From an uncultured Fusobacteriaceae bacterium (lineage in GTDB: Bacteria; Fusobacteriota; Fusobacteriia; Fusobacteriales; Fusobacteriaceae), in assembly GCA_964517235.1 (NCBI GenBank), contig CAZFBB010000023.1, positions 1-25,668 of the forward strand: 25,668 nt of DNA, read 5' to 3'. The position numbers and the translations under genes are program-made. How positions within the stretch are numbered: the first letter of the stretch is position 1; each line of letters opens with the position of its first letter. Shown piece by piece: positions 25,594 to 25,668 of the stretch. The notes under the pieces were generated by a model. That model did not search any database and was not told the DNA's origin. It saw nothing but the letters and a program-made list of their open reading frames with translations.

Positions 25594-25668
25594 TTAATAA
25601 TGAGTAACTAGTAGTTATTAGTAACGGATAATGAATAAGTACTAAATTTTAAAGGGATAAAAAAAGGC

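Noticed and set aside
1-25668. Scan for tRNA, rRNA, CRISPR arrays, transposase or integrase genes and prophage signatures
   Set aside because: There are no GC-rich cloverleaf-sized islands, no regularly spaced short direct repeats, and no ORFs with DDE/transposase or recombinase hallmarks. The only repeats are the intergenic family described in the findings.

Overview
This is a very AT-rich bacterial chromosomal segment (roughly 25-30% GC by eye, not computed). Lys/Ile/Asn-rich proteins, GGAGG-type ribosome-binding sites and MORN-like secreted proteins give it a Fusobacterium-like feel. That taxonomic guess is inference only.

Genes from left to right:
- A partial gene 5' end runs off the window start.
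- A polyamine operon encodes speH (pyruvoyl S-adenosylmethionine decarboxylase) and speE (spermidine synthase).
- A stand-alone PilZ-domain protein carries both c-di-GMP-binding motifs.
- Several secreted, lipoprotein or membrane hypothetical proteins follow.
- A large permease has two internally duplicated halves, each with a PGCG motif.
- An alanine/sodium symporter (AGCS family) has a convincing sigma70-like promoter.
- A small coiled-coil protein precedes holA (DNA polymerase III delta subunit).
- A PIN-domain PhoH2 ATPase sits downstream.
- A pyridoxal-phosphate class I aminotransferase closes the window.

The most notable region is 14.7-22.9 kb. It is a tightly packed, apparently translationally coupled four-gene minus-strand operon. 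It encodes a YqiJ/NfeD-like membrane protein, a small protein with a single transmembrane helix, a 708-aa flotillin (SPFH) protein with a long Ala/Glu-rich coiled coil, and a 1627-aa giant protein. The giant protein has a beta-rich N-terminal region, a long coiled-coil middle and a MoxR/McrB-type (AAA_5) ATPase module near its C-terminus. E. coli yqiJ-yqiK is a known pair, but the fused giant ATPase partner is not something I recognise. It is the best candidate here for an undescribed membrane-microdomain-associated system.

Second, a dispersed intergenic repeat family of about 120-320 bp occurs at least three times in both orientations. A fourth diverged copy carries a strongly RBS-preceded 50-codon basic Cys/His ORF, inserted between the conserved blocks. 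A palindromic GAGCTC-AAA-GAGCTC hairpin recurs at terminator positions.

Many ORF-track starts are over-extended upstream. I re-anchored them on in-frame ATGs with good Shine-Dalgarno spacing. No tRNA, rRNA, CRISPR array, transposase or integrase was recognised.
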